Assembly (NCBI GenBank): GCA_964640635.1
Contig: CAZXFD010000002.1
Location: forward strand, 179,115-243,114
Reading direction: 5' to 3'
Source of the DNA: an uncultured Gammaproteobacteria bacterium
GTDB lineage: Bacteria > Patescibacteriota > Patescibacteriia > UBA1558 > S5-K13
Length of the DNA stretch: 64,000 nt
The notes under the pieces are model-generated. The model had not been told where the DNA came from, ran no database searches, and worked only from the letters and a program-made list of their open reading frames with translations. The first letter of the stretch is position 1; each line of letters opens with the position of its first letter. The translations under genes were made by a program, and so were the position numbers. Below, piece by piece: positions 48,577 to 58,670 of this stretch.

Positions 48577-49785
48577 ATGAAAAATAAAAAAAATAAATCC
48601 TTATTTAATTTACCCAAAATACTTCCTCTCATTATTTTCTTTCTTCTAATACTAAATGTGCCTACAAACAAAACCTTTGCCTGTGCATTTACTGAGGATT
48701 GTGATCCATGTCAAAAATGTTCATGGACTCTTTGTGTAAATAATGACGAAGACACAAGGTGCTCTACAATGTGTGAAAGAGGGGTGTGTGCAAAACAATG
48801 CGAAGGCACTTGTAAATCAGTTTGTGAAGTAGAAAATGGAGAAACACCCGGAGATCCTATCAATGATGGAGAATGTTTTGAAAATAGACAACTATCTCCT
48901 TCACTACATTGTTGTATGCCTAGTGGTACAACTCAAGTAGAAAACTGTAGTGGAACTTGTAAAAATATTTGTAACTACACCACGGAAACTCAGGACTCCA
49001 CTGGCACTTGCCTTGGTAGCAAAAAATGTTGTATCGCCAAAGTCAATGATGATACTGATACTGATATAGTAGACATAGGAGGGTTAATAGAGGATACGGA
49101 AATAAATACCGGACTAACAGCTCAATCAAATGCTACGCAAGGCGTCCTCTTTACAGGTGTAAGTTGTATTGAGAGTGGAAATTGTAGCGTAACAGATATG
49201 ATGAATACCGCTATAAACGTAACAACATTTTTACTAGGAATCATAGGAAGTGTAGCGTTATTATTCTTCATACTTGCTGGTTTCAAGTTGCTTACATCTC
49301 GTGGAAATGAACAAGCTATAAGTAGTGGCAAACAAATGATGGTTCAAACTGTTATAGGAATATTTATATTTTTCTCTGCATTTCTAATAATCGACTTTAC
49401 TAGAAAATCGTTATTAGAGCCTCGATATGCCACTCCACTTGGAAATCCATATGAAGCACCTGGGACACAAGAAGTAGCAGTGCCAGAAGCGACAGAAGAA
49501 ACAACAGAAGCAACAACAATCAACGCAGAAGCCGATTGTAATGATACAACCACTGGAAAAATACATTGGAGATGTGTAGGGAGGTTTGGGGCTGGATCTA
49601 GATGCAGACAATTGACGTCTGGCGCAAGTGATCTCGTAAGTGACGGAAAATGTACTAGGGCTGGATTATGTCCAGTACAAGGATCCGCTAGCTTAGTTGT
49701 ATATTGCTGCAAATCAGACGTAACATCAGGAACCGTATATAATGGTCCAAAAACATGTCCATGTACTGGAAATTGCGAATATTAA
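48577..49785 (+). CDS. TrbC/VirB2-like pilin with Cys-rich N- and C-terminal domains
   Basis: Signal peptide; core LGIIGSVALLFFILAGF..LTSRGNEQ...GKQ....VIG flanked by Cys-rich modules. Confidence 0.75.
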   Translation: MKNKKNKSLFNLPKILPLIIFFLLILNVPTNKTFACAFTEDCDPCQKCSWTLCVNNDEDTRCSTMCERGVCAKQCEGTCKSVCEVENGETPGDPINDGECFENRQLSPSLHCCMPSGTTQVENCSGTCKNICNYTTETQDSTGTCLGSKKCCIAKVNDDTDTDIVDIGGLIEDTEINTGLTAQSNATQGVLFTGVSCIESGNCSVTDMMNTAINVTTFLLGIIGSVALLFFILAGFKLLTSRGNEQAISSGKQMMVQTVIGIFIFFSAFLIIDFTRKSLLEPRYATPLGNPYEAPGTQEVAVPEATEETTEATTINAEADCNDTTTGKIHWRCVGRFGAGSRCRQLTSGASDLVSDGKCTRAGLCPVQGSASLVVYCCKSDVTSGTVYNGPKTCPCTGNCEY

Positions 49786-49834
49786 TAAAGCTCACTAAAA
49801 AAATAATACTAATTTAAAATAAACATTAATCTAT

Positions 49835-50173
49835 ATGAAACACTCCAAAATAAAAAAAATATCTACTGCAAGCATCTTTGTAATCACGACAATACTCACC
49901 ACCCAAATAACTAGTGCTCAACTAACAAATCCTATGAGGGCAAATAGTATACCAGAATTAGTAGGTCTTATCATAACGGCTATCTTAGGGATAGTAGGAT
50001 CTATTGCACTACTTATGTTTATCTATGGTGGATTTACATGGCTTACATCAGGTGGTGCTGAAAAGAAAATAAAAGAAGGAAGAGAAACACTTATCTGGTC
50101 TATTATGGGACTTGCTGTAATATTTGCAAGTTATGCCATACTCCGATTTGTTTTTGGAATATTAGCTTTATAA
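49835..50173 (+). CDS. TrbC/VirB2-like pilin
   Basis: Signal peptide; TM-GGF.WLTSGG.E.KI-TM. Confidence 0.85.
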   Translation: MKHSKIKKISTASIFVITTILTTQITSAQLTNPMRANSIPELVGLIITAILGIVGSIALLMFIYGGFTWLTSGGAEKKIKEGRETLIWSIMGLAVIFASYAILRFVFGILAL

Positions 50174-50275
50174 TAACCTTTTATATTTACTATAAAAATA
50201 GTATAATTTATATATAATTTTAAATAAGAAAAAAATAATAATCTCCCTTTACTGGGAAAAGAAAGGAATCAACAA

Positions 50276-50683
50276 ATGACAAATTTAACAAAAAAGGTAG
50301 TAAGTTTTTCTCTAGTACTTCTTATCTCCTGTTTCATGGTGTTTGGAGTAAGTGCTCAAATAAATGAGGGTCTAGACTATGCAGAAGACATTGCTACTAA
50401 CGGAGATCTTGGAACAGCAAATAGTGAAACTGCAATATCTACAATAATAAATACAGTTTTAGGATTTTTGGGAATTATTGCTCTTGTAGTAATATTGCTC
50501 GGTGGGTTCAAATGGATGACATCAGGTGGAAATGATGAAAAAATCAAAAAAGCAAAAGGAACTCTTATGGCAGGAGTCACAGGACTTATTATTGTTCTTG
50601 CAGCTTATGTAATAGTTGGCTTTGTAGTTGATACAGCTCAAAACGCAACAACCGAAGGAACAGGAACATCAATAACCGAATAA
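50276..50683 (+). CDS. TrbC/VirB2-like pilin (candidate major pilin)
   Basis: GGFKWMTSGGNDEKIKKAK; weak AAGGA SD; downstream hairpin 50694-50718. Confidence 0.85.
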   Translation: MTNLTKKVVSFSLVLLISCFMVFGVSAQINEGLDYAEDIATNGDLGTANSETAISTIINTVLGFLGIIALVVILLGGFKWMTSGGNDEKIKKAKGTLMAGVTGLIIVLAAYVIVGFVVDTAQNATTEGTGTSITE

Positions 50684-50743
50684 TTTAGATACTCTTATCC
50701 TCTCTTTGAGGGGATAAGTAATTTGAATTATACCCTGCGGGGA

Positions 50744-50920
50744 ATAAACAATACACAATCACCAATAATCAGACAAATTCCAGCTTCCACTTCTTGAATT
50801 CTTGATTATTGATTATTGAGCATTATCTGTCTCTCAACCCTGTCTTCGACTCCGAGATCGCTCAGACTCGAGGAAAGGTCTCTGGACCGAAGGGTAATTT
50901 AAGATTTGATTATTGATTAT
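50744..50920. repeat. Heptamer-repeat element with nested REP (50835-50894)
   Basis: caataat/attattg arrays interrupted by caaccct-gtcttcgactccgagatcgctcagactcga-...gaaggg. Confidence 0.65.
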
Positions 50921-50960
50921 TCACGAAGTAACTTATTTAATTGATATTAAAATCAATCTA

Positions 50961-51434
50961 ATGAAAAACAAAAACAACAAAAACGTGCTCAGTAGATTTT
51001 TTATTTCATTGTTATTTTTACTAATAACAATTTTTAATTTCCAAATCGCAAACGCACAGGGAAATGTTACAGAAGTTAGAACTCCTGAAAAATATGGGCT
51101 AACAGAGGCTGCGACGCATGGGGGGTTAATCACAAACGATTCTGATAATCAAGATATTATATTGATAGTTTCAAATATAGTTGGCTATGCTCTTTATTTC
51201 ACTGGATCTATATTTTTTATATTAATTATTATTGCTGGATTTACTTGGATGACTGCAGGAGGCGAAGAAAAAAAAGTATCTAGCGCCAAGGGCAAGATAA
51301 AGGGTGCTATCATGGGCATAGTTGTAATTCTTTGCGCTTATATAATTACAACATTTGTATTTAATACATTAAAAGCAACCATAGAAACAGATGAACTTGC
51401 TCCTCCACCAGCGGACAACACAATAGCGCCATAA
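50961..51434 (+). CDS. TrbC/VirB2-like pilin
   Basis: AGFTWMTAGGEEKKV..AK; likely start ATG 50961. Confidence 0.85.
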   Translation: MKNKNNKNVLSRFFISLLFLLITIFNFQIANAQGNVTEVRTPEKYGLTEAATHGGLITNDSDNQDIILIVSNIVGYALYFTGSIFFILIIIAGFTWMTAGGEEKKVSSAKGKIKGAIMGIVVILCAYIITTFVFNTLKATIETDELAPPPADNTIAP

Positions 51435-51446
51435 AAAGAATCAAAT

Positions 51447-51833
51447 ATGACTAAACTACAAAAAATAAAATACTCCCTCCTAACTATTTTGAGTTTTTTT
51501 GTATCTCCTATTGTTCGCGGACAAAGTGCGATAGAAAATGCCTCTATCGATGCCCAAAATATGGCTGGCCTAATTGGGTATAAAAATACCAGCTCTCAGA
51601 ACATACTATTTTTAATAGGCACTATCATAAAATATACACTTAGCTTTATCGGTGTAATATTTTTAGCTCTTGTAATAATAAATGGCTTCAAATGGATGAC
51701 TGCAGGAGGAAATGAAGAAACTGTCAAAAAAGCAAGGTCTGCAATACTCGATCTAGTAAAGGGTCTTCTAGTAATTGCCCTAGCATACATTATTACAAGT
51801 CTTATTCCATTTATTATGCTCGCAATAGACTAA
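51447..51833 (+). CDS. TrbC/VirB2-like pilin
   Basis: NGFKWMTAGGNEETVKKAR. Confidence 0.85.
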   Translation: MTKLQKIKYSLLTILSFFVSPIVRGQSAIENASIDAQNMAGLIGYKNTSSQNILFLIGTIIKYTLSFIGVIFLALVIINGFKWMTAGGNEETVKKARSAILDLVKGLLVIALAYIITSLIPFIMLAID

Positions 51834-51859
51834 TAAAACATAATTTATAAAATAAAAAA

Positions 51860-52258
51860 ATGATTCACAAAAAAATAAAATACTCCCTAGTATTAATTAT
51901 TTTTGCATGTTTAATTGTTGTCAATTCTGCAATTGCAACAACCACGCTCAATCTTAGTGATACAGGAACTGGAATAACCAATCTTGCAAATACAGCTGGA
52001 TACGAAACATATGGCGTAGATCCATACAGAACCATAGGAAATCTAATCAAGGTGGCATTATCCTTTTTGGGAATAATATTTTTAATTCTTGTTATACTCA
52101 GCGGTTTCCAATGGATGTCGGCGGGTGGGAATGAAGAAGCTATCAAAAAAGCAAAGGGAAGAATAAAAAATGCTACAATGGGACTTGTAATTATTTTAAT
52201 GGCATATGCACTTACTTATTTCATATTAGATATTTTATTAAGTCAAACAATTAAATAA
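51860..52258 (+). CDS. TrbC/VirB2-like pilin
   Basis: SGFQWMSAGGNEEAIKKAKGRIKNA. Confidence 0.85.
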   Translation: MIHKKIKYSLVLIIFACLIVVNSAIATTTLNLSDTGTGITNLANTAGYETYGVDPYRTIGNLIKVALSFLGIIFLILVILSGFQWMSAGGNEEAIKKAKGRIKNATMGLVIILMAYALTYFILDILLSQTIK

Positions 52259-52262
52259 CACC

Positions 52263-52670
52263 ATGAAAATCAAAAAAACACTTATATCAATATCAATACT
52301 TACAATATACTTATTTTTTACCGTAATAACTATTGCCTTTGCAGAAGGAACATCCACAAAACAAAATATACTTGGCAACACAAAAAATGTTAGTGAAAAT
52401 GCTGGATATCTTAGTGCTAATGCAGACACTCTAACGGCAACAATAGCAAATACTGTAAAAATACTACTTTCTTTTTTGGGAATAATATTTTTACTTCTTG
52501 TCATAATTAGCGGTTTTCAGTGGATGACCGCAGGGGGAAATGAAGATGCTGTTAAAAAAGCGAGGACCAAAATAAAAAATGCTACGATAGGTCTTATAAT
52601 AATCGTCCTATCTTATTCTCTAACAGCCTTCATAGAGTTTGAAATAATAAAAAAAGCTCAAGGATTATAA
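52263..52670 (+). CDS. TrbC/VirB2-like pilin
   Basis: SGFQWMTAGGNEDAVKKARTKIKNA. Confidence 0.85.
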   Translation: MKIKKTLISISILTIYLFFTVITIAFAEGTSTKQNILGNTKNVSENAGYLSANADTLTATIANTVKILLSFLGIIFLLLVIISGFQWMTAGGNEDAVKKARTKIKNATIGLIIIVLSYSLTAFIEFEIIKKAQGL

Positions 52671-52684
52671 ACTAAAAAAATAAA

Positions 52685-53092
52685 ATGCTAAAAAACTTAA
52701 AAATATTTATATTAACGCTCTTGCTATCTTTCTGTTTTTACAACGGTACTTTCGCGGTAACTAATATAAACTCCGAAGAAAGAACTGATGCTTTTGCCGG
52801 ACAAGCCGGCTTACTTGCTCCATCTCACACTACTATTATTGAAAATATTGTAAAAGTATCGCTAAGTTTACTTGCCGTCGTATTTCTTATATTAATAATT
52901 TACTCCGGTTTTGAATGGATGACTGCGGGAGGAAGTGAAGAAAAGGTTAAAAAAGCAAAGGGAAGAATAAAAAATGCTACAATTGGAGTCATAATAGTAT
53001 TATTCTCATACATAATAACGAGTTTTATATTCAGCACCATTGAGTGTAGCACCACGGGTTGTAATGAGGGGGTTTGGAACTTTAATTTCTAA
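52685..53092 (+). CDS. TrbC/VirB2-like pilin
   Basis: SGFEWMTAGGSEEKVKKAKGRIKNA. Confidence 0.85.
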   Translation: MLKNLKIFILTLLLSFCFYNGTFAVTNINSEERTDAFAGQAGLLAPSHTTIIENIVKVSLSLLAVVFLILIIYSGFEWMTAGGSEEKVKKAKGRIKNATIGVIIVLFSYIITSFIFSTIECSTTGCNEGVWNFNF

Positions 53093-53106
53093 ACATACAA
53101 ATTAAA

Positions 53107-53149
53107 TTTATAACAAAAATCGGATCATAGATCCGATTTTTGTTATAAA
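53107..53149. terminator. Bidirectional terminator (20-bp perfect arms)
   Basis: tttataacaaaaatcggatc-ata-gatccgatttttgttataaa between convergent genes. Confidence 0.9.
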
Positions 53150-53163
53150 CAATGTTATACTAA

Positions 53164-54174
53164 TTATTCCTTCATTCTTATTTTCAAATAATCCACATAA
53201 GGATTTGGCTGGGGATCAATATTATTAAAATATGCTAAGTAAAATGATGCATATGAAGAAGCTCCCATTATATACATTGCCTCCTCGCATATATTTTTAC
53301 CCATTGGCTTTATTTCAATAAATTTAATTTTCTTTTTATTTAGAATTTCTTTCATTATTTCATATCGTTTTTGATTTCTTTTGTAATAACTATTTGAGCT
53401 TATTAAAACATATATAATTTGCTTGTTTAGCTCTACTGGATTGTTAAGTCCCTCAAATTGATGATGACAAATTTCAGGAATAGAAAAATATGCTGACATA
53501 TTCTTGCCAGTTTCATTGATTTGATTTTGAAAAATATGAGCATTGGCAATAAGATGCTCCGATGCAATAATAATAGGCATTTTACCGCTTATATTTTTTG
53601 CAATTTTCTCTGCAACTGCCTTTCCCTTAATAAAGATTTTTACTTCTTTTTCAAGTTTTGAAATACTATACTTCAAAAACCCTAATTTATTTAGCAAACA
53701 AATAAAAACCGCTATAGAATAACCCGCTGCAAATCTAGGATTTTTTGCATAATTATAAATAGGATCATAAACAAATTTAGTGGAGTCTGCTTTTGAAAGT
53801 TCGCCACCAGTACAAATTACAAAAGTTTTAAGTCTCTTTTTCTTAGCACTTTTAAAACAACTAATAGACTCCTCCGTTGTGCCAGAAAAACTTGATATCA
53901 CAACAAGTGTTTGCTTATCAATCCATGCTGGTAAATCATATTCATTTGAAATAATGAGTGGAACATTAATATATTTTGAAAAAACACTTCTTACAAAATG
54001 TGGCCCCAAAGCTGATCCACCCATTCCACAAACAATAATTTTATCAACCCCCTTAATTTTGCTTAAATCAACATTTTTAAACTCCTTAAAAATTTGCTCG
54101 AACTGTTTGTGAGAATTTTCATAAGTTTTAAAAACAAATCCCTTATCAAAGTCTTTTATCTTTTTTTGGTCCAT
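53164..54174 (-). CDS. Bifunctional phosphoglucose/phosphomannose isomerase (SIS domain)
   Basis: CGMGGSA, SSFSGTTEE, PR, QINETGK, PEICHH..EG. Confidence 0.9.
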   Translation of the reverse strand: MDQKKIKDFDKGFVFKTYENSHKQFEQIFKEFKNVDLSKIKGVDKIIVCGMGGSALGPHFVRSVFSKYINVPLIISNEYDLPAWIDKQTLVVISSFSGTTEESISCFKSAKKKRLKTFVICTGGELSKADSTKFVYDPIYNYAKNPRFAAGYSIAVFICLLNKLGFLKYSISKLEKEVKIFIKGKAVAEKIAKNISGKMPIIIASEHLIANAHIFQNQINETGKNMSAYFSIPEICHHQFEGLNNPVELNKQIIYVLISSNSYYKRNQKRYEIMKEILNKKKIKFIEIKPMGKNICEEAMYIMGASSYASFYLAYFNNIDPQPNPYVDYLKIRMKE

Positions 54175-54274
54175 ATATTTACTTATTATTTGTTTTATAT
54201 TTATTCTATATTTATTATATCTTAAATGTTACTACAAATCTATTAAACAATTAGTCTATTATACAATTAACCTA

Positions 54275-55933
54275 TTATTTCCCCACTTCATTCAAATAAA
54301 TATACTTTATAGGCGACAACAATGTGTTTGTCTTGCGCTTATCAATTACCTTGTATCCACCAAGTTCTGAAAAAGAAATAATATATTTCATCTGATGATT
54401 TTTGGAAATTTGCTTTACATACCATGGTGCCCAGGTAGGAGTAAATTTTCCCAAAGACTCGCCTTCCGACAATCTATACAAATTCCACCCATCCCACTCA
54501 TATCCTGCTTCAATATCTTTGATATCAACACTTTGCAACAGTAATCTTCCCATATCCCACCTTGTCTTATTCCACACTAAATAATCTCTTGTTCCAATGA
54601 AAACAAAAATAATCTGAGTCAATAATAAAATGACAAATATTCTTTTTGAAAAATTCTGTTTTTCTATTATCAGAGCATATAGCAATATCAAAAATGGAAA
54701 TATAATAAGCAGATATCTATCAAAAGACATTATTGGCAAAATCAAAACTAAATATACAAGCAAAAAAATAAATATAAAAGCATTTTTCTTAACGTATTCA
54801 TAAACCACTCTTCTATTTTCAAACAAGTGTAATATATTAAATATTGATAAAATGACAAGAACAATATTGATAAAAAATAAATCTAGATTACCCAAATACG
54901 AGACTACATCTCCTTGCATTATACTCTTACTTGGCCCTATTCCATATAAATTTATAATATTTCCCATAATTGGAAATTGAAACTTCTTGTAAAATACAGC
55001 CAAAGCAAATCCCAACACTAAGGTAATTATTACAAGTAGATTTTTCCGAGATATTATTTTTTTAATGCTCTCTAAGTTAACAATACTTAGAGTTATGGGA
55101 ACAAAAAACAATGATAATAGCAATATATAATTTATGGCATTAAAAACAATTGTTCTTGGAATTAGTTCAATTGGAACAAAACGTGCTGAAACTTCTTGAG
55201 GCACGAATCCAAAATAATTGAATATATAATAAATACCCATTAACAAAACCAGACTTGGCGAAAATGCCAATAATACTTTTTTCTTATCAAATTTACGTGA
55301 AAAAAAGAAGCATAAAAATGCTATAGCTGGCAAAAATGCTATAAACTGTCTTGTAAAAATACCTAGTAGAGAAACAATGCTAGCTAAAAAAGCATGTTTA
55401 TAGCTTTGCTTATTGTATGACACTTGATACAAAAATATAGAAATAAGTAAAAACAAAAATGCTATCTGATCCCCCATAAACGTATATGACAAATAAAAAA
55501 ATATTGGATTAAACCATAAAAGAAGTGAAAACAAAAATGAATTTAGCTTTGAAATCTTGTTATATCTCAAAAATAAATAAAATATATATACGATTATAAA
55601 AGACACGACCAAATTTCCACTTCTTAAAACTGCAAAAGAAAATCCGAAGATAGACGACAAAATAACACCAAATATTATGGGAACATAATTAAAGGCGGAA
55701 AACCATGCTGGGTAAAACAATTCTTTGTTTAAGTTAAAATGATAAATAGACAAGCTCTGCGTCCAATCATCATTAAGCGGGAAATTGTAATCTGGGCTCA
55801 ATATAAGAAGTTCTAAAATAAAAATGACCGGAAAAAGCAGAAATATTCTATTTTTGAAAAAACTAAAAATCCGATTTAACATACAAAATTCGTTATTTTT
55901 TATATATATATTGTATAACCTATACCCCAACAT
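54275..55933 (-). CDS. Polytopic membrane glycosyltransferase (GT-C/ArnT-PMT-like)
   Basis: PLNDDW after first TM, many TM segments, RQ and DRYLL motifs; start may be ATG 55882. Confidence 0.7.
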   Translation of the reverse strand: MLGYRLYNIYIKNNEFCMLNRIFSFFKNRIFLLFPVIFILELLILSPDYNFPLNDDWTQSLSIYHFNLNKELFYPAWFSAFNYVPIIFGVILSSIFGFSFAVLRSGNLVVSFIIVYIFYLFLRYNKISKLNSFLFSLLLWFNPIFFYLSYTFMGDQIAFLFLLISIFLYQVSYNKQSYKHAFLASIVSLLGIFTRQFIAFLPAIAFLCFFFSRKFDKKKVLLAFSPSLVLLMGIYYIFNYFGFVPQEVSARFVPIELIPRTIVFNAINYILLLSLFFVPITLSIVNLESIKKIISRKNLLVIITLVLGFALAVFYKKFQFPIMGNIINLYGIGPSKSIMQGDVVSYLGNLDLFFINIVLVILSIFNILHLFENRRVVYEYVKKNAFIFIFLLVYLVLILPIMSFDRYLLIIFPFLILLYALIIEKQNFSKRIFVILLLTQIIFVFIGTRDYLVWNKTRWDMGRLLLQSVDIKDIEAGYEWDGWNLYRLSEGESLGKFTPTWAPWYVKQISKNHQMKYIISFSELGGYKVIDKRKTNTLLSPIKYIYLNEVGK

Positions 55934-56050
55934 CGCAAATCAAAACCCAATACCCTATACTTTACACCCCAAACTTATATTGCTAGAATGAATTTAGTTG
56001 GTCAACCAACTACTTCAAACTTCATACTTTATACTTAATAACTTAACACT

Positions 56051-56752
56051 ATGTCTGGACACTCAAAATGGGCGACAACAAAGCATAAAAAGGCACTTAT
56101 AGACTCAAAGAGATCTTCTCTTTTTACAAAACTTACAAAAAACATTCAAATAGCAGCTCGAGATGGAGCTGACACCGAAATGAACTTTAAACTTCGTATG
56201 GCCGTTGATAAGGCTAGAAGCTACTCTGTCCCAAAAGAGAACATTGAAAGAGCTATAGCACGTGGATCTGGCTCCGGAGAAGGTACTGCCCTAGAAGAAA
56301 TGATATATGAAGGATATGGACCAAATGGTGTTGCTATTATAATAGAGGTTGTAACTGACAACAAAAATAGGGCTGCTTCTGATATAAGACACATTTTATC
56401 AAAACACGGCGGTGCTCTTGCCGCTTCAAACTCGGTGCTTTGGCAATTTGATAGAGTTGGTGTGATTTACCTAAAAAATACTGCGGTAACAGACGAGCAA
56501 GAACTTGCCATAATAGATGCTGGCGCAAATGATATAGAGGTATCTGATGACGGCGTAAGGGTAATTACAAATATGACTGACCTTCAAAAAGTCCAAGAGG
56601 CTATAAAAAATATTGTAGAAATTGATAATGCAGAACTAGAATACATTGCAAAAAACAAAGTAAAAGTAGAAGACACTGAGAGTCTTGATAAATTATTCGA
56701 CGCACTTGACGAAAACGAAGATGCAGGAAATTACTATTCAAATATTGAATAG
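56051..56752 (+). CDS. YebC/PmpR family protein
   Basis: MSGHSKW, YEGYGPNG, TDNKNR; adjacent to ruvC. Confidence 0.97.
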   Translation: MSGHSKWATTKHKKALIDSKRSSLFTKLTKNIQIAARDGADTEMNFKLRMAVDKARSYSVPKENIERAIARGSGSGEGTALEEMIYEGYGPNGVAIIIEVVTDNKNRAASDIRHILSKHGGALAASNSVLWQFDRVGVIYLKNTAVTDEQELAIIDAGANDIEVSDDGVRVITNMTDLQKVQEAIKNIVEIDNAELEYIAKNKVKVEDTESLDKLFDALDENEDAGNYYSNIE

Positions 56753-56769
56753 TTAAATGATTTATTAAA

Positions 56770-57264
56770 ATGCTTCAAACTAAGAAAATTTCTCCAAAAA
56801 TAATTTTAGGAGTTGATCCTGGACTAGCCACTGTAGGCTATGCTTTTATAACACACGAAAAAGAACCTCGTCTTATAAGCTGTGGTTGTATTGAAACAAA
56901 AGCTGGAGATGAGTTCAATCAAAGACTTAATACAATACACAAAGAACTTACATTTTTAATTAAGAAATACAAACCATCCTTCTCGAGTGTAGAAAAAATA
57001 TATTTTTGCAAAAATGTAAAAACTGCAATGGATGTAGGTCACGCTAGGGGCGTAATAATTCTTACCCTATCAGAAGCCCAGCTTCCTATTTACGAATACA
57101 CTCCTCTTCAAATCAAACTTGCAATAACTTCTTATGGAAAAGCAGATAAACGACAAATTGCAGAAATGGTCAAAATCGCCTTAAAGCTAAAAGCTATTCC
57201 AAAAAAAGACGATACGTCAGACGCTCTTGCAATAGCACTGACTTGTGGGTATCAGATGAGATAA
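56770..57264 (+). CDS. ruvC: Holliday junction resolvase RuvC
   Basis: ILGVDPG, E motif, ARGV, YTPLQIK, G.ADK, DD.SDALAIA. Confidence 0.96.
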   Translation: MLQTKKISPKIILGVDPGLATVGYAFITHEKEPRLISCGCIETKAGDEFNQRLNTIHKELTFLIKKYKPSFSSVEKIYFCKNVKTAMDVGHARGVIILTLSEAQLPIYEYTPLQIKLAITSYGKADKRQIAEMVKIALKLKAIPKKDDTSDALAIALTCGYQMR

Positions 57265-57278
57265 ATTGTTTATAAGAT

Positions 57279-57830
57279 TTATTTTCTATAATTCCTATCA
57301 TTTTCCCAGTTACTGGGATTATTTTGTATATATTTTCTACATTTCCATAAATCAAGGTCTGTACGCATTATGCGATCATAAAATCCTTGTTGCCAACGGA
57401 AACTATAATGTTTAAATTGTATATTTATTATTTTTTTACAGATTGATTTGTAAGATCTAATTATCGATGATAATGACCCTGATTTTGGAGAAATGTTAGA
57501 CATTTGCGCATTTCCGTAGAGACGTAGCATTGCTACGTCTCTACGTTGTTTAAATCTAATAGACATTATCAAATGTACGTGATTTGGCATTATAATAAAC
57601 GAATCTATTTTAATAAAACGGAAATGCGCATCTATTTGTTTTAAATACTGTTTTACAATATACCCCAACTCATTTAATATCATCTTTTCCTCTTTAATTT
57701 CACCGAACATATTTACCCTATCCTTTGTACAGATTGTGACAAAATAAAAACCGGGATTAGAATAATCCCAGCACTCTAGCCTTGTCGATTTAACCCTATA
57801 TTTATTTTTAAATAAGGCCTTATTTTTCAT
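57279..57830 (-). mobile_element. REP-associated tyrosine transposase (RAYT, IS200/Y1 family)
   Basis: S.RL..WDYS..G.YFVTICT, IMPNHVH, WQQGFYDRI.R, YIQNNP..W. Confidence 0.9.
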
Positions 57831-57907
57831 ACAATCGCTTTTCAGATGATTATATAAATATTCTATGGATATACTATATAAAAATCAATATCAATAAAAT
57901 TACAAAC

Positions 57908-57939
57908 AAAAAAGCGCCGAATTTTATTATCCGACGCTT
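57908..57939 (-). terminator. Rho-independent terminator (agcgtcg...cggcgct family)
   Basis: On - strand: aagcgtcggataataaaattcggcgctttttt. Confidence 0.8.
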
Positions 57940-57949
57940 GTTAACCTAT

Positions 57950-58621
57950 TTAACCAAATATATCCTCCCATGCAATACGATCTTTTAATTTATAGGAAGA
58001 TATAGTCTGATATTTGTTAAAAAATTCTTGACCTAAGGCTCTAAATCTTTTCACAATCTCTTCTTCATACCACACATCCTGCTTTGCGTTTAAAAAAGCA
58101 GATGCCTCTTTTATAAATTCAGGATCTTGGAGGGATTTAGCATGAACGACTTCATAAGTAGCGCCATACTCTTCCATTTTAGCTCGTATTTTTCCAAGTT
58201 CCCGCATACACATCATTCCCAGACATTCTGAAACACAATCATAACCCTTTGTAACCCTTTGATCAATCAAAAGCCTCATCTTCGTTCCCTTTGGTTGAAA
58301 AGAATCCTTGTCTAAGACGACCGTCTTGTAATCGCTATAAGTATCTTCTACTTGACCCCTGTATTTACATCCCATAAATACAATGAACTCTCTTACGCCT
58401 AAATTTAGAAAATAATCCAAAGACGACTGATCTATCGTCTCATTTGGCTCTAAATCAATATTTAAATAAATAATAATTCTCGCCTTTGGATTTTCTTTTA
58501 ATTCTTTTTCTAATTTATCGGCATCAAAAGCCCTGAGTATTATTGGTCTAGTCAAATTGACTTGATCAATTAATCTTATATTTTCCATGTCTTGCGCTGT
58601 AACATCTTGATTTGTATTCAT
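57950..58621 (-). CDS. Hypothetical protein (SD-led orphan)
   Basis: TAAGGAGGATAAAATG gives start 58621. Confidence 0.75.
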   Translation of the reverse strand: MNTNQDVTAQDMENIRLIDQVNLTRPIILRAFDADKLEKELKENPKARIIIYLNIDLEPNETIDQSSLDYFLNLGVREFIVFMGCKYRGQVEDTYSDYKTVVLDKDSFQPKGTKMRLLIDQRVTKGYDCVSECLGMMCMRELGKIRAKMEEYGATYEVVHAKSLQDPEFIKEASAFLNAKQDVWYEEEIVKRFRALGQEFFNKYQTISSYKLKDRIAWEDIFG

Positions 58622-58670
58622 TTTATCCTCCTTAAGGACTTTATAATTTTTCATATAAAAGCGCCGAATT

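Noticed and set aside
48577-53092. Type IV (PilA-like) pilins
   Set aside because: No G/FxxxE prepilin motif; the two-TM hairpin after a Sec signal fits VirB2/TrbC
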